In this document: one piece after another, positions 49,406 through 63,504 of the stretch
How positions within the stretch are numbered: the first letter of the stretch is position 1
Layout: each line of letters opens with the position of its first letter
Source: Octopus sinensis
Taxonomy: Eukaryota
Length of the DNA stretch: 64,000 nt
Assembly (NCBI RefSeq): GCF_006345805.1
Contig: NC_043014.1
Location: 51,212,001 to 51,276,000 of the forward strand
Direction: 5' to 3'
Program-made: the position numbers and the translations under genes
The notes under the pieces: generated by a model
Told to the model about the DNA's origin: nothing
Seen by the model: the letters and a program-made list of their open reading frames with translations, nothing else
Databases searched by the model: none

Positions 49406-49572
49406 TTAGTTGATATTTACAGAAAGACAAAGACAGGCGTATCGGTTTGACGCTCTGGAAGGTGAGAAAGTATTTAGCGTTTCGAGCCTACGCTCTTCAA
49501 CAGAAAGGAACACGAGGAAATAAATAGGGAGAGAATAAATAAAACTTGTGGAGTTAGCGGTCAATCATGGCG
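49168..49572. mobile_element. Tail-to-tail pair of Penelope-like terminal remnants with minimal hammerhead-like motifs around a (CA)n(TA)n spacer
   Basis: + copy motif 49185-49220 (CTGTAGA-A-AAGC-GTAG-GCTC-GAAAC-GTA-AAAG); - copy motif 49472-49507 (CTTT-CTGTTGA-A-GAGC-GTAG-GCTC-GAAAC-GCT). Confidence 0.6.
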
Positions 49573-50662
49573 CTATTGTCTACTCCTAAATATATGTGTG
49601 TGTGTGTGTGTGTGTGTGTATTTCTGTATAAGCGTGCACATTGCGTTCCAGCTAGCACATCTTCCAAACTGGCGATATGTAATTTCCTTCGAAGGAACGT
49701 AGCTCCCTGCGTCGGCTTTGATCCTGTAACAATTCCCGTTACAGACACCTCCCTAGTATCTACTTTGCTATTGCCCGTTAGCTCAGCTTGTACACCTTCG
49801 GAAAAACATTTCCACGAGCGCAAGTAATTAAAGTTCTTCATTAATTTGTCAACTCATGATTGATTTTCCCAACTTTACATAACGTTTGCTGTTTCTGACA
49901 TAGCATCTTCACACATTGGCTTCCATTGTGTCTAATTTTCTTGTAACTAAAACAAAGTTTCAACTAATTGATTAGTAATTTGATTTTAACGAGACATTAT
50001 GCCATTTAATAGCTTTCACAGATAATACTATAATGGTTTCCATGGTGACGTTACATGAACACGCACAAGAACATAGACATTCCAGCAATGAAACATGCAG
50101 GGAATACTTTCGGCAAACGAAATAAAACTTTTATCCTCACAAATATATTCGATTTAAATGCAAATTATGTGTGTACCACTACACGTAGATAAAAGCCTTT
50201 CTAATTGTCTCTAACGTAAGTAGTACATATCTGTCTGTCTATTTGCCTGTCTGTCTGTCTATTTGTTTGTCTGTTTGTGTCTGTCTGTCTATATGTCTCT
50301 CTTTCTCTATCTGTCTATCTGTCTGTCTGTATCTGTCTATCTGTCTGTATCTGTCTATCTCTCTGTATCTGTCTATCTCTCTGTATCTGTCGTATCTCTC
50401 TGTATCTGTCTATCTGTTTCTATCTGTCTATTTATCTTTATCTGTCTCTCTGTCTCTCTGTCTATCAGTCTCTCTGACTATCAGTCTCTCTGCCTATCTG
50501 TCGTTCTGTCTCTCTGTCGTTCTCTCTCCCTCTGTCGTTCTCTCTCTCTCTCTGTCTCTCTGTCGTCTCTCTCTCTCTCTCTCTCTCTCTGTCGTTCTCT
50601 CTCTCTCTCTGTCTCTCTATTTGTCTGTCTCTCTGTTTGTCTGTCTATCTCTGTCTATTTAC

Positions 50663-51240
50663 TTCAGGCCCATCACTCTGCGGATTTGAAGATTCTGGTC
50701 AAGGTGTTAGCCGAGAGGTTGGTGCTTTTCATCAAGAAACTGGTCGACAAGGCGCAAATGTGCGCCGCGTCGAGTACGACTATCCATGACCACCTCCATC
50801 TGATGCGCTACATCATAGACAGGGTAGTTAAGGAACCTGGTATGGGTGGTGGGGCTGATGAATTTGGATCAATCAAAAGCTTTCGATAGGGTACACCATC
50901 GCCACTTGGAGGCTGTCCTTATAGTGGCTGGTTTCGGTCCCGTCTTCCGCAGTTTGATTGCTGCCTTATACAGCGGCATCCGCTCGGTAGTTTGCGTGAA
51001 TGGTCATCTGTCCAGACCATTTAACATCATGCGTTCGGTCCATCGAGGATGCTCCTTCTCGTCGCTTCTGTACGTATTCACTCTTGGGCCACTACTGCGG
51101 AAGCTTTCGACGCTGAGGGGCATTCCCGACACTCCGGGCAGCCCGCTGAGCAGTGCCGCAATTAGATCCCATTTCTGCGCGATACAGCCTCGTCTACCGC
51201 GACTCTGTGGCCTATGGTCCACCAACACAAGCCGTCAACC
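50663..51240 (+). mobile_element. Tx1/L1-clade non-LTR retrotransposon reverse transcriptase fragment (pseudogenised)
   Basis: FRPITL/ADLKILVKVLAERL...IHDHLHLMRYIIDR/LMNLDQSKAFDRVHH...VNGHLSRPFNIMRSVHRGCSFSSLLYVFTLGPLLRKL, matching RT domains 1-4 with frameshifts; the part after 51126 is less certain. Confidence 0.88.
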
Positions 51241-51289
51241 TATCATTTTCCGGTGATTATATATATATTTTCCGGTGATTTTATTTATT

Positions 51290-51294
51290 TATAT

Positions 51295-51343
<49 letters not shown>

Positions 51344-52991
51344 TGTGTGTTTATCACACTTCGACATTAATGTTCATGGAAACTGTAAGAAATTTTGTTT
51401 GAATCGAGGGTCATTTCGCTATTAAATCTATCAGGTCAGTTTACAAAGTAATCAATATTTCGGTATGTAGATTAGCAGAATCGGTTGAGCGTCCTACATC
51501 ATACGACGTACTTTCCCGCGTCTTTACTTTGTCATTTAGAATAACGCAAAGGCAAACATTCTAATTTCATTATTACACAAACGATGAATAAATACCAGTA
51601 ATATATTGGGGTTGGATTAATCGACTAATCCCTTTCTATTTCCCGCCAAAAAAGAAACCTACCAAAAATAAAAGACAAACAAAATATATTTTGGTCTTGT
51701 TTACAGCTTAGAAATCAATATAATCATTTATGTTCTATTGTCGATTCGATCGAACTGTATCTATCACGTAGATATATTGATTCGAGGCTACCCAAAACAG
51801 ATCGATATTGACTATTATATTTCAGCAAGTGTGTAACATAGTGATCTGAAAATAGATGAGGAGTTGGAGCGGGAAGACGAACGGGAAAAATTAGTTCGGA
51901 TGCGTATCTTGTCAATGGAGTTCTAATGTGTGTGGACGTGTGCGTGCGGGATTATGAACAAAAGTACATAGCATTTAGATATGAAAGTGACAAGGCACCT
52001 AATAGAAGAGATGTGATTGTTTCATTCTCCTTGTCTTGTATTCATATGGATAAATGTAATCCTGGATTAATTTTGTCAATAGATAATCCATTTCAGACAG
52101 ACAAACACACAGGTGTGTGTGTGTGAGAAGCAGCGTGCGTAGCTAGTGGCTGTGTTGTACTCACTATCCCAAGACCTTCGCCGCGATTTACGTACAGATC
52201 GGTGTGTTGTGTTCTCTTGAGCAAGTCATTTAATTACAAGTCCTTTCATATCACGTTGCTCGAAGATCAGTTCGAGATCTGAGGTGTGAATAAAAACAAA
52301 AATTACAACGTGAGTACCTATACAGGCAATATCGATCAGATGGAGGAGTTGGCTAATGTACAGAATCAGATATATGAACGCAATAAAATTTGTTCAAGGT
52401 TGTTGAACAAGAAGTTGCGGCCGTTTTATCTGTCCTTTATAGCTGAAGATCCACCCACCTCGACACATGTACACACGCACACACACTCTATATATAGTTG
52501 GTGTGTTTACGTCCCGGTAACCTCACGGTTCGCCAAAAGAACACGATAGAATAAGTACTTGGCTTACAAGGAATAAGTCCTGGAATCAATTTGTTCGATT
52601 AAAGGCGGAGCTCCAGCATGGACACAGCCAAATGACTGAAACGAGTTAAAGAATGAAGATCAAATATATTCTCGAACAGGAGACTAACACAAAATGAAGG
52701 AATTAACTGTTTTTAAAGTGGTGCTTCTTGTAAGGATAGCTCTTTTGGTGAAACGTAGTATCTTTCGAAAAGTGCTATATTTTGGAATAGTACGGAATAT
52801 TTGCATGGAAATGTATGAGAGGATAAATGTATGGTTGAACATTTGAAAGGTAGTAGAAGTAAGAACATAAGATTTATGGTTGCCGTGATAAAATTTAACC
52901 AGAAAATCTTTTAAATATTTTATATTTGGTAAGAAGATATATCATGCGAACATTATAAATAATTCGAACGGGAGTTAAAACCAAACTATAT

Positions 52992-53040
<49 letters not shown>

Positions 53041-54690
53041 TGTGTGTTTATCACACTTCGACATTAATGTTCATGGAAACTGTAAGAAATTTTGTTTGAA
53101 TCGAGGGTCATTTCGCTATTAAATCTATCAGGTCAGTTTACAAAGTAATCAATATTTCGGTATGTAGATTAGCAGAATCGGTTGAGCGTCCTACATCATA
53201 CGACGTACTTTCCCGCGTCTTTACTTTGTCATTTAGAATAACGCAAAGGCAAACATTCTAATTTCATTATTACACAAACGATGAATAAATACCAGTAATA
53301 TATTGGGGTTGGATTAATCGACTAATCCCTTTCTATTTCCCGCCAAAAAAGAAACCTACCAAAAATAAAAGACAAACAAAATATATTTTGGTCTTGTTTA
53401 CAGCTTAGAAATCAATATAATCATTTATGTTCTATTGTCGATTCGATCGAACTGTATCTATCACGTAGATATATTGATTCGAGGCTACCCAAAACAGATC
53501 GATATTGACTATTATATTTCAGCAAGTGTGTAACATAGTGATCTGAAAATAGATGAGGAGTTGGAGCGGGAAGACGAACGGGAAAAATTAGTTCGGATGC
53601 GTATCTTGTCAATGGAGTTCTAATGTGTGTGGACGTGTGCGTGCGGGATTATGAACAAAAGTACATAGCATTTAGATATGAAAGTGACAAGGCACCTAAT
53701 AGAAGAGATGTGATTGTTTCATTCTCCTTGTCTTGTATTCATATGGATAAATGTAATCCTGGATTAATTTTGTCAATAGATAATCCATTTCAGACAGACA
53801 AACACACAGGGGTGTGTGTGTGAGAAGCAGCGTGCGTAGCTAGTGGCTGTGTTGTACTCACTATCCCAAGACCTTCGCCGCGATTTACGTACAGATCGGT
53901 GTGTTGTGTTCTCTTGAGCAAGTCATTTAATTACAAGTCCTTTCATATCACGTTGCTCGAAGATCAGTTCGAGATCTGAGGTGTGAATAAAAACAAAAAT
54001 TACAACGTGAGTACCTATACAGGCAATATCGATCAGATGGAGGAGTTGGCTAATGTACAGAATCAGATATATGAACGCAATAAAATTTGTTCAAGGTTGT
54101 TGAACAAGAAGTTGCGGCCGTTTTATCTGTCCTTTATAGCTGAAGATCCACCCACCTCGACACATGTACACACGCACACACACTCTATATATAGTTGGTG
54201 TGTTTACGTCCCGGTAACCTCACGGTTCGCCAAAAGAACACGATAGAATAAGTACTTGGCTTACAAGGAATAAGTCCTGGAATCAATTTGTTCGATTAAA
54301 GGCGGAGCTCCAGCATGGACACAGCCAAATGACTGAAACGAGTTAAAGAATGAAGATCAAATATATTCTCGAACAGGAGACTAACACAAAATGAAGGAAT
54401 TAACTGTTTTTAAAGTGGTGCTTCTTGTAAGGATAGCTCTTTTGGTGAAACGTAGTATCTTTCGAAAAGTGCTATATTTTGGAATAGTACGGAATATTTG
54501 CATGGAAATGTATGAGAGGATAAATGTATGGTTGAACATTTGAAAGGTAGTAGAAGTAAGAACATAAGATTTATGGTTGCCGTGATAAAATTTAACCAGA
54601 AAATCTTTTAAATATTTTATATTTGGTAAGAAGATATATCATGCGAACATTATAAATAATTCGAACGGGAGTTAAAACCAAACTATATAT
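51290..54690. repeat. Near-perfect tandem duplication, 1697-bp period, breakpoints in (TA)n
   Basis: 51341 = 53038 and 52981 = 54678; duplicated ORF-track entries offset by 1697; one T/G difference seen (52114 vs 53811). Confidence 0.95.
52496..52655 (+). mobile_element. SINE family A 3' half (duplicated at 54193-54352)
   Basis: TGGTGTGTTTACGTCCC...GATAGAATAAGTAC...CTCCAGCATGG...ATGACTGAAAC. Confidence 0.85.
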
Positions 54691-55214
54691 ATAATATATA
54701 AAACTCTATCCATATCTGCCTATCTATCTATGCCTACCTATCTATCTATTGATACCTATATCTATCTATCTAACTATCTGTATCTATCTTTCCATCTGTC
54801 TTCCTCTATCTCGATTCATTTCTATAAGAAATATTCCGAGTTATGAATATTAAATACCTGATTACCTATACTGAGCAAGGGCATAAATATGTATTTGCTT
54901 GGGAAATTATACTTAAGTTATTTCCTTTGAAATATTCAAAATATACGGGGTGGGGTGGGTGCAGACTAAGAAAAAAAGAGACTTGATGCGAAAATGGGGT
55001 CTAGATTTCGTAACATAATCTAATTATTTAAATAAAATTACGTTTCAAGTACGTTGAAGGGCTTTTGAAAATGGAAGCCGAAGATAATGAGAATATATAA
55101 TGTGGAAATAACGAGATTGATGCTGGTGTGTGTATGTATGAATACTTTATATACACATGTATGTATATATACACATGTATGTATATATATATATGTATGT
55201 ATATGCACATGCAT

Positions 55215-55490
55215 GCAATGTGGGCGTAGGTGAAACTGTTTTGTAAGATGTTTGCTTTCCAGTCACATGGTTCCGGTTTCCATCTCAATCTGTGGCACCT
55301 TAGTCACGTGTCTTCTATAGCCTCGGACCGACTAAAGCCCTATGTGTTGATTTCAGAGATGAAAACTGAAAGAAGCTGTCTTGTGTATTGACAAACGGTG
55401 TTAGTATGTTTACATCCCCTTAAGATAGTGGTTCCGCCGGCAGAAGAAGGCCGCAATCTGACTGAAACCACCGGTAAGAGATAAAAGATA
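55215..55490 (+). mobile_element. SINE family A, strongly diverged
   Basis: CACATGGTTCCGGTTTC...GGCACCTTAG...GAAAACTGAAAGAAGC. Confidence 0.65.
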
Positions 55491-55819
55491 TACCCATTGT
55501 CATTGTATGTGTGCGGGATATATGCGGATGTGTACATGTTGGCGTGTGCGTATGGATGAATTTATGATTGTACGAATATATATACCCTACATTTTGTTAT
55601 ACAAGTGAATGCTTGAAACCCAAAGAAGAAATTGTAATCACATTGTGGTAATTGCCCCGTCCGAATCGCACTGATTATTCCTCGGCTCTCCCGATATGCA
55701 CTGAAGCTGTACTTTCCCCGCTTCAGTATCAGTTAAAAACGATTCTAGTGTTCACAGAAGGAAAATATAAAACTATATTTGTCTGCATACACATATAAGT
55801 ATGTATACATGCATGTATC

Positions 55820-55862
<43 letters not shown>

Positions 55863-56765
55863 GTATGTATATATGCGTGTATATGCATAAATGCACATCT
55901 ATCTGTCCCTCTATCCATCTACGTCTATTACAGTATATGATGATATAAGATACATAATGAAATGAAATATATTGGTTTAAGTAAGAGCAAAGTAGAAAAA
56001 AATTCAGGACATCTTCAAAATGCAATAAATCATATTAAAATTAACCGTAATATATATGTATATATATGTGTATATATATATATATATATACACAAACACA
56101 TGCATATATGATATTGTATCTAATGCTCGTATATGACAGTGATGAATGAGCTCCTTTGCAAAAACCCGTAAAACCGAATATGAATAAAAGAGAAAGAAAA
56201 AAGAATGATGAAGAATCCGAATAAAACATTGGAGAATGTCTCCAAGACTTTTCCCTTCATTTTGAATTCTGTCGTTTACGTTAGTGTTTGTTTGTTTGTT
56301 TGTTTGGTTGATTTTTAAAGATTTCCTTTCTGTCTTTTATTCCTCGAAACTTGATGTTGAAAAATGAGAATCTCCGATCCAAACAGCAAGATTTGATTCA
56401 CTAGGTCAAAGGGGAAAAATTGTTATTTTGCACATATACGGAGGTTAATGCTAACAGGAAATACGAAGTCGTTTCCTCAATTTTCTCACACCGTTTTATA
56501 CGGATAATAATAAAAATAATAGTAATAATAATAATATTAGTAATAATAAATCTTGTCAGATTTGTTTCTTTTTTTACAAAACGTTTGTATTTTCCTCCAC
56601 CAAACGGTTTAAAAATCTTGTACACATATATTTGGTGATACTTCCACCGTGTGTGATAATGTGGCTAAGTGTATAGTGCAATAGGCTTGTGATATTGAGT
56701 CTGTGAGTTTGATGACTAGATCGAAAAGTACGTTTCGATCTTCTGAATTCATTTTGAAATAAGAA

Positions 56766-56974
56766 CCGTATTTTCCAACCTACAAGTCGAAATTTTCAGC
56801 CCAAAATTTAGTCAAAAGAAAAAGTCGAGGTCAGCTTGTACGCCAAAACGTTTGGAGGACCAGAAATTCCATGTAAAGTGCAGCTGAAGTTGGAAAAATA
56901 GTGACGGTACTTGAATGTTTACTCTACACGTTTACGCTTAAATAAAACGTCGATTTATATAAGGGAAAATACAT
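56766..56974. mobile_element. Tc2/pogo-like MITE, second copy
   Basis: Left TIR CCGTATTTTCCAACCTACAAGTCG; internal TTTGGAGGACCAGAAATTCCATGTAAAGTGCAG aligns with the reverse complement of 2921-3096; degenerate right TIR followed by TA. Confidence 0.65.
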
Positions 56975-57344
56975 TACGAATGTGGTGTGTTGAGCATTTT
57001 AGCCGAAGAAATCGACGCCCGCACTGATTTGTATGCCACTCATTTAATTGTACAGAGCTCTTTGGACGAACAACTAAGGTACATGTATGTAAATAAAACA
57101 ACAGCTGCCAAGCGGTGATAGGGAGTTATAAGCACTACACAGACAAATACGCGGGTATATGTTTTTCACGACGGGATTCCACAAAGTTTCCGTCAATCGA
57201 ACAACCAGCTTCCCTCACAGAATAACAATAACTGCGCCAGCGATGATAATGATGAGGATGATAATGATCGGTTTGATTATATCTGTGACGACGATGGTGA
57301 TGATTACGACGACCATGGCGATGATTGCAACAATGACAACGATA

Positions 57345-57491
57345 TCCGCCGTGGTCCACTTTGCCTTTCATCCTTTCGGGGTCGATAAATTAAGTACCAG
57401 TTACGCACTGGGGTCGATGTAATCGACTTAATCCGTTTGTCTGTCCTTGTTTGTCCCCTCTGTGTTTAGCCCCTTGTGGGTAGTAAAGAAA
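57345..57491 (+). mobile_element. Young SINE family B, 5' truncated
   Basis: Consensus central domain and tail. Confidence 0.88.
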
Positions 57492-58296
57492 CGTATATAA
57501 ATGATGATTATGACGTCGAAGACCGCGTCGACGCTGATGACGAGAACAACGATGCTAAAGATAAAAAGACTAAATCATGGTGGATAATGGAATTGCTGAT
57601 GCTGCTGCCATGACACCTGCTGTGCTACCGCTTTCTGCTGCTGTTTCAGCCACTGCTACAACTGCTATGCATGTTAATCAAATACTCTGCAGTAAAACAT
57701 TGACAGAAATATAAATTACTTTTGATGCGACGAAACTTCACAGATTTTTGTCTTTGGAATTTAATGTGGATTATTTGTGCATTTAATTGGTGTTAAAAAA
57801 TATATAAAAATATAATCAAGTTTTATATACAACGGCTTAAGCAGAGATAACTAAACAGCCTATCCTCTGTCGAATCTGATATTTTACTGCTTTTAACAAA
57901 CTCAATTTTCTGCACGTGTCTAAGGTCTCAAACTAGCTTAATCCACAAAATTACAAACGAGCGAGAATTTATGAGCGCAAAATTAACGTTTGCGCGGATC
58001 TGCCAATAATTTTCGCGATACAAGGTTCTCGTATGTCTGTCTATTACTGATTTGTATTAGACTTGGATATATTTCGAATTTGATATGTTTTATAAAAAAC
58101 CCCGAAGCTGGAAATAAAATGTCAGAGTAACCTTTAGAAGAAGATTCAACGTTATGCATAGATGTCTATGATTTGAAGCTATACAAATGCTTATATGTAT
58201 ATATATACGCAGGTTATATAGCGTATATGCATAAAAGCATGCACAGAAATATGTGTAGATAAATATACATTACGTATATGAATATGTCTGGTTCAA

Positions 58297-58339
<43 letters not shown>

Positions 58340-58343
<4 letters not shown>

Positions 58344-58422
58344 TGTGTGTGTGTTTGAATACATGTCTAGTGTGTGAATGTGGATATATACAATGTAAGT
58401 GTGCATTGTGTGTGCCTCTGTG

Positions 58423-58481
<59 letters not shown>

Positions 58482-58795
58482 TGTATAATGTATGTATATA
58501 TTTGATACGCATATGTGGGTGTACAAATGTATATGTGTGTGTATATAAGAAACTTTTTTAGGTATAACTAGGTATATATATAGTGTGTGTGTGAATACAT
58601 GTGTCTAGTGTATGAATGTATATATATATATACAGTGTAAGTGTGCGTTGTGTGTGCCTCTATATATGTATGTATATATATACACACATATATAATATAT
58701 GTATATATATATATATGATATGCATATGTGTGTACAGAAATGTATATGTGTCTATAAGAAGCTTTTGTCGGTATAACTAGGTATATATGAAAGTG
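58340..58795. repeat. Diverged tandem duplication, ~240-bp period, in a (TA)/(TG)-rich tract
   Basis: GAATACATG(TG)TCTAGTGT...GTAAGTGTGC...GGTATAACTAGGTATATAT occurs twice with many substitutions. Confidence 0.85.
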
Positions 58796-59254
58796 TGTAG
58801 ACGTATGTATGTATGTATGTATGTATGTATGCGCGTGTTTGTACATCCGTGTGTGTTTCTATATACCAGCGGATATCAAGATGCCTCGCTCTTCGCATAA
58901 GGTTAACCGTTGGGGAATACGAATGTGAAGTAATGCTTAGACATGATACATAAAAGCTATGTAAAACACACACATATAGAAAACCAGAAACACACATACA
59001 CATACACACACTAGCTCTCTCTTACTCACTGGCACACACCAATATACACACACATACATACACACACATGCACGTATACGCTCAGGCGCTTTGATGGTTG
59101 TATGGTTTGTTAGTTTTATTCCTGAAAGAATAGTACACAAAATGTCGTTATAACCTGTTGAGGAAGTAAATGGTATTGTAAATGTCATATTGTACTTGCC
59201 ATCACGATCAAAGCGAGCGTGAAACTGTATGTAGGATATATATATGTATATATG

Positions 59255-59315
<61 letters not shown>

Positions 59316-59324
59316 GTATATACA

Positions 59325-59356
<32 letters not shown>

Positions 59357-60463
59357 GATATAACTATGCCTGTGTACTGTAATACGTACTCATAAATGTA
59401 TACTTATGTCTATATATAAAAATATAGTGTATACGTGTATGTATGAAAAAAAATATATATGTATGAATATATGAATATATATATATATATATATATACAT
59501 GTATATATATGTGTGTGTATATCTATGTATATGTATGCGTGTGTGTAGCTATATTTGCATATAATGTTTATATAATTACATATGTATGAATAAATATGTA
59601 TACATATAACTTTTTAATGCATGTGTAGATATACCGTATTCATACATTTATATATGTATGAATATATATGTGTGTTTGTGTGTGGTTGAGTATTCGTGCA
59701 TATCTATTCTCAGATACATACGGAGACATTCATCATCCACACACACACACACACGCACTTATGTATATACAAACACAAATACACTTTGATGCCTGCCTAT
59801 CTCCTGTTAACCTATCTACCTAGCTATATATTTATGCGTAACCACGTCATGCTTTACGGAAATTAGTTATGTGCGTTTGTAATTAAATGACTTTGGCTGG
59901 TGCAGAAAGATGCGGTTGTATTGTGTAATGAATGAGGGGTGATGGGTGGAGGTTGAAGTTAATGTTTAAGAGGGGGTAGCAAGTGATTTGGTATAATTTG
60001 CGAGAGACAAAAATGGCGGCGAAATGCGATTAGAACGTGAAAAATAAAACGGAATTTGGTTAGGAAAGAGTGAAGCGATGGATGGAAATATAGTGAGTGA
60101 GGGATAGTCAGAGAGGTTAAAACGAAAGTGAGAATGAGTGATGGAGAGAGGAAGGGAGATGGGAAGATGGAGGGAGAGGAGTGAAATGAGTAAAACGAAA
60201 TTGATGGTTTTAGCGAGATTTAGTGGCAGGGAGAGGGAGAGATACGGGATGATGGAGGGTCGGAGGTGAGAAACTCGAGAAGGAGTCAGGTGGTTTCGTT
60301 TGCTTAACCTTTTGTCTGTCCAAAGCATTTTAAAAAGTTTGTCCTAAAGGTTCATGTTTGTTTTTACACTTCCATGCGTATTTAGTATTATAAAGCTTTT
60401 ATTTTTATAAACTCCAATTTACTGAGGCGATTGAACAAAAAAAAGAGATATGTCTATCATATA

Positions 60464-60599
60464 GGCGCAGGAGTGGCTGTGTGGTAAGTATCTAGACAGC
60501 TTGGGCGAGTGACTTCTATTATAGACAAGGGCCGACCGAAGCCTTGCCAATGGATTTGGTAGACGGAAAGTGAAAGAAGCCCGTCTCTCTCTCTCTTTC

Positions 60600-60639
<40 letters not shown>

Positions 60640-60828
60640 GTGTGTGTGTGTGTGTGTGTGTCTGTGTTTGTCACCCCGCCACCGCTTGACAACCGATGTT
60701 AGTGGTTTGGCAAAATAGACCGATAGAATAAGTACTAGGCTTACAAAGACTAAATCCTGGGGTCGATTTGTTCGAACATAGACGGTGTTCCAGCATGGCC
60801 GCAGCCAAATAACTGAAACAAGTAAAAT
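60464..60828 (+). mobile_element. SINE family A with internal deletions
   Basis: GGCGCAGGAGTGGCTGTGTGGTAAGTA head, spacer and 3' half. Confidence 0.88.
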
Positions 60829-61188
60829 AATATATAGTACTTGGGCGCTAGAAAGTATATCATATGCGATACCCTGTCCTGGGTATCACCGATGGTACAC
60901 CTTGCCTGTCCAGTTTGTCGTATGTAATACACAGGGCAGACAAATGTTTAACGTACGAAATTTAAAATGCTTCTTCAGTCACATGAAATAGAAGAGTTCC
61001 CTCATCCCAGCCGCCATAGACTTGATACAAATATTTGAAAACAAAATTTCGGAGGGCGACCTGTACATCTAAAGAAATTATGACACGATAGAAGAATGAA
61101 TGAAATATTTCGTTTGAACACTATGGCAGAGTTAAAGGAGTAAGGCTGAAGAAAAATTCTCAAAATACTTTGAGCTTATTTTCCGTAA

Positions 61189-61227
<39 letters not shown>

Positions 61228-61667
61228 CAATCTTAAAGAGCAGATCTTTTAAAGGAGAAAATTTTATTTTCAATTATAGTTTGTGAAAGCCTAAACGATA
61301 TAGAGTTTTGTAATCGGGTTAAAGGAGCTTTGCGTGTTACGTAAATTCCACAAACTAATGAGGATTTGAATCGATTTCGGGTTTAGCAAGGTTTCGATAC
61401 AGAACATCTCTTAACTTTGTGGATTTGGTCTTTAGTGAAACGAGCCTAAATATGTTGAAGGAGAAGAAGAGGTAAAGAACAGTACCAGCCCGATCACCAC
61501 CCCCACCACCACATCTACTACTACTACTACTAAGCAAGAGCGAGATGGCGCTGCTTCGAAATGTTACGACAATGGCCTTACACGCAATCGTATATTTGAG
61601 ACCCAAACACGATAATACATACATACGTGATTAGATATATAAAACATATTTCTACTTGCATTATATA

Positions 61668-61728
<61 letters not shown>

Positions 61729-61981
61729 CTATGCTGATATGTATGCTTATATATATATGTATATGCATATATATATGTAACTATGCTTGTATGTATGCTT
61801 ATTTATATATGTATATATATGCTTATCTATATCTTTATATATATATACTGCCATTTGTATGTGTACGATATCTGTATCGTATAATAAAGTGGTACTATAT
61901 AGATTACTTCTGCGGTAGACCGTCTCTCCATTATACATTTTCCAAGACATTGTTTAGCAGAGTTTCTGATGTTAATCATCT

Positions 61982-62015
<34 letters not shown>

Positions 62016-62155
62016 CAATCAACGAACGATATCGTATAGATGTGGATTTCGGCATAATCTACTTTGCCAATCATCTTACTACGTGTCTGTCTCTCTTTGA
62101 CTCTGTGTCTCTGTCTTTGAATCCCTCTCTCTCTCTTTGACTCTCTCGCTCTTTT

Positions 62156-62194
<39 letters not shown>

Positions 62195-63438
62195 CAAATC
62201 AGGTTGTATTTAATCATATTTTGCTTAATACGCTTTGACGAAAACATGCAAAAGAAAATGGTGTAAAGACGTCATACCATTCTCCAGGAATATCTTTATT
62301 AATTCTTTTGGTATTGCAATATCGAGCAACGCTGTCATAGGTTGCTACTGGTATTTTCTCTTCTCTATAAGTAAGTACACATATCCGATCACTGTGTGCA
62401 TATATAAGTGTGTGTGTGTATGTATATGTACACACACACACACATACACACACGTATATATATACACAGATACACATATATACATACATATATACATATA
62501 AAGCTACAGTAACACCCCCTCCTCTATGTGGTTAGCCATGTTAAGATGGCTTCTATACTTTATATATATATACATATATTTAATACATGCGCGCGCTTAT
62601 GCATTCATATTTTTATGTATATATATTTATATATATATATATATACATACATATGTGTGTGTGTACATGTGTGTACATGTATGTAATATGTGTGTACATG
62701 TATATATGTAATATGTGTGTGTATATGTGTGTGTACATGTATATAAGTGTGTGTATATGTATGTGCACATGTATATATATTTATGTGTGTGTATATGTAT
62801 ATACGTATGTGTGTGTACCTGCATGTATATATATATATGTGTATATGACTGTGTATATGCATATGTACACATATGTGTATATACGTTCATATCTATATAT
62901 CTGTGTGTGTGTTTGTGTGTGTATATATATATATATGTATATATCTGTGCTCGTATATATGGCTGTGTTTCGGCATGCGTGTGGCTTGTTTTTATCTTTA
63001 CCGTTAGCAGTTTCCAATTTTCAGCTATAGACTTTCAACAATAATAGATTAGCGAATGAATTTTCTGTTGGCACGACGAACGTCATGCAATGGCGACTGT
63101 AAAACCGATTTTACTCTCCGCGCTTCTTATTCTTCTCCTCCTCCTCCCATTCCTCCTACATTTTATCATATTTATCTTTATGAGTATAATCAAGATAGTC
63201 GTCGTCGTCGTCCTCATCGTCATCATCATCATCATCATCATCGTCATCGATGTGATCAATGCTATCGTTCTAGTTGTTCTTCGTATTAATTTTGTTATTT
63301 TCGCAAATTTAATCTCCTCGTAAGGTCACGTGGTGCAAGCGACTTATACGTGAATCGTGGTCTGATCCGTCGTTCATTGTAGTGCTGCGTCTTTCCGGAT
63401 TAAAGAACTGGAAACGGAGAAAGTTCTCTCACGCAAAG

Positions 63439-63504
<66 letters not shown>

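Noticed and set aside
62203-62370. Plus-strand segment with a (CT)n acceptor and GTAAGT donor, and an overlapping 87-bp minus-strand frame EEKIPVATYDSVARYCNTKRINKDIPGE
   Set aside because: The plus exon has stops in all three frames and its polypyrimidine tract is a microsatellite. The minus candidate has weak sites and no homology.
63090-63323. MATVKPILLSALLILLLLLPF signal-peptide-like ORF
   Set aside because: The hydrophobicity comes from (CTC)n and (CAT)n triplet repeats, with no splice support.
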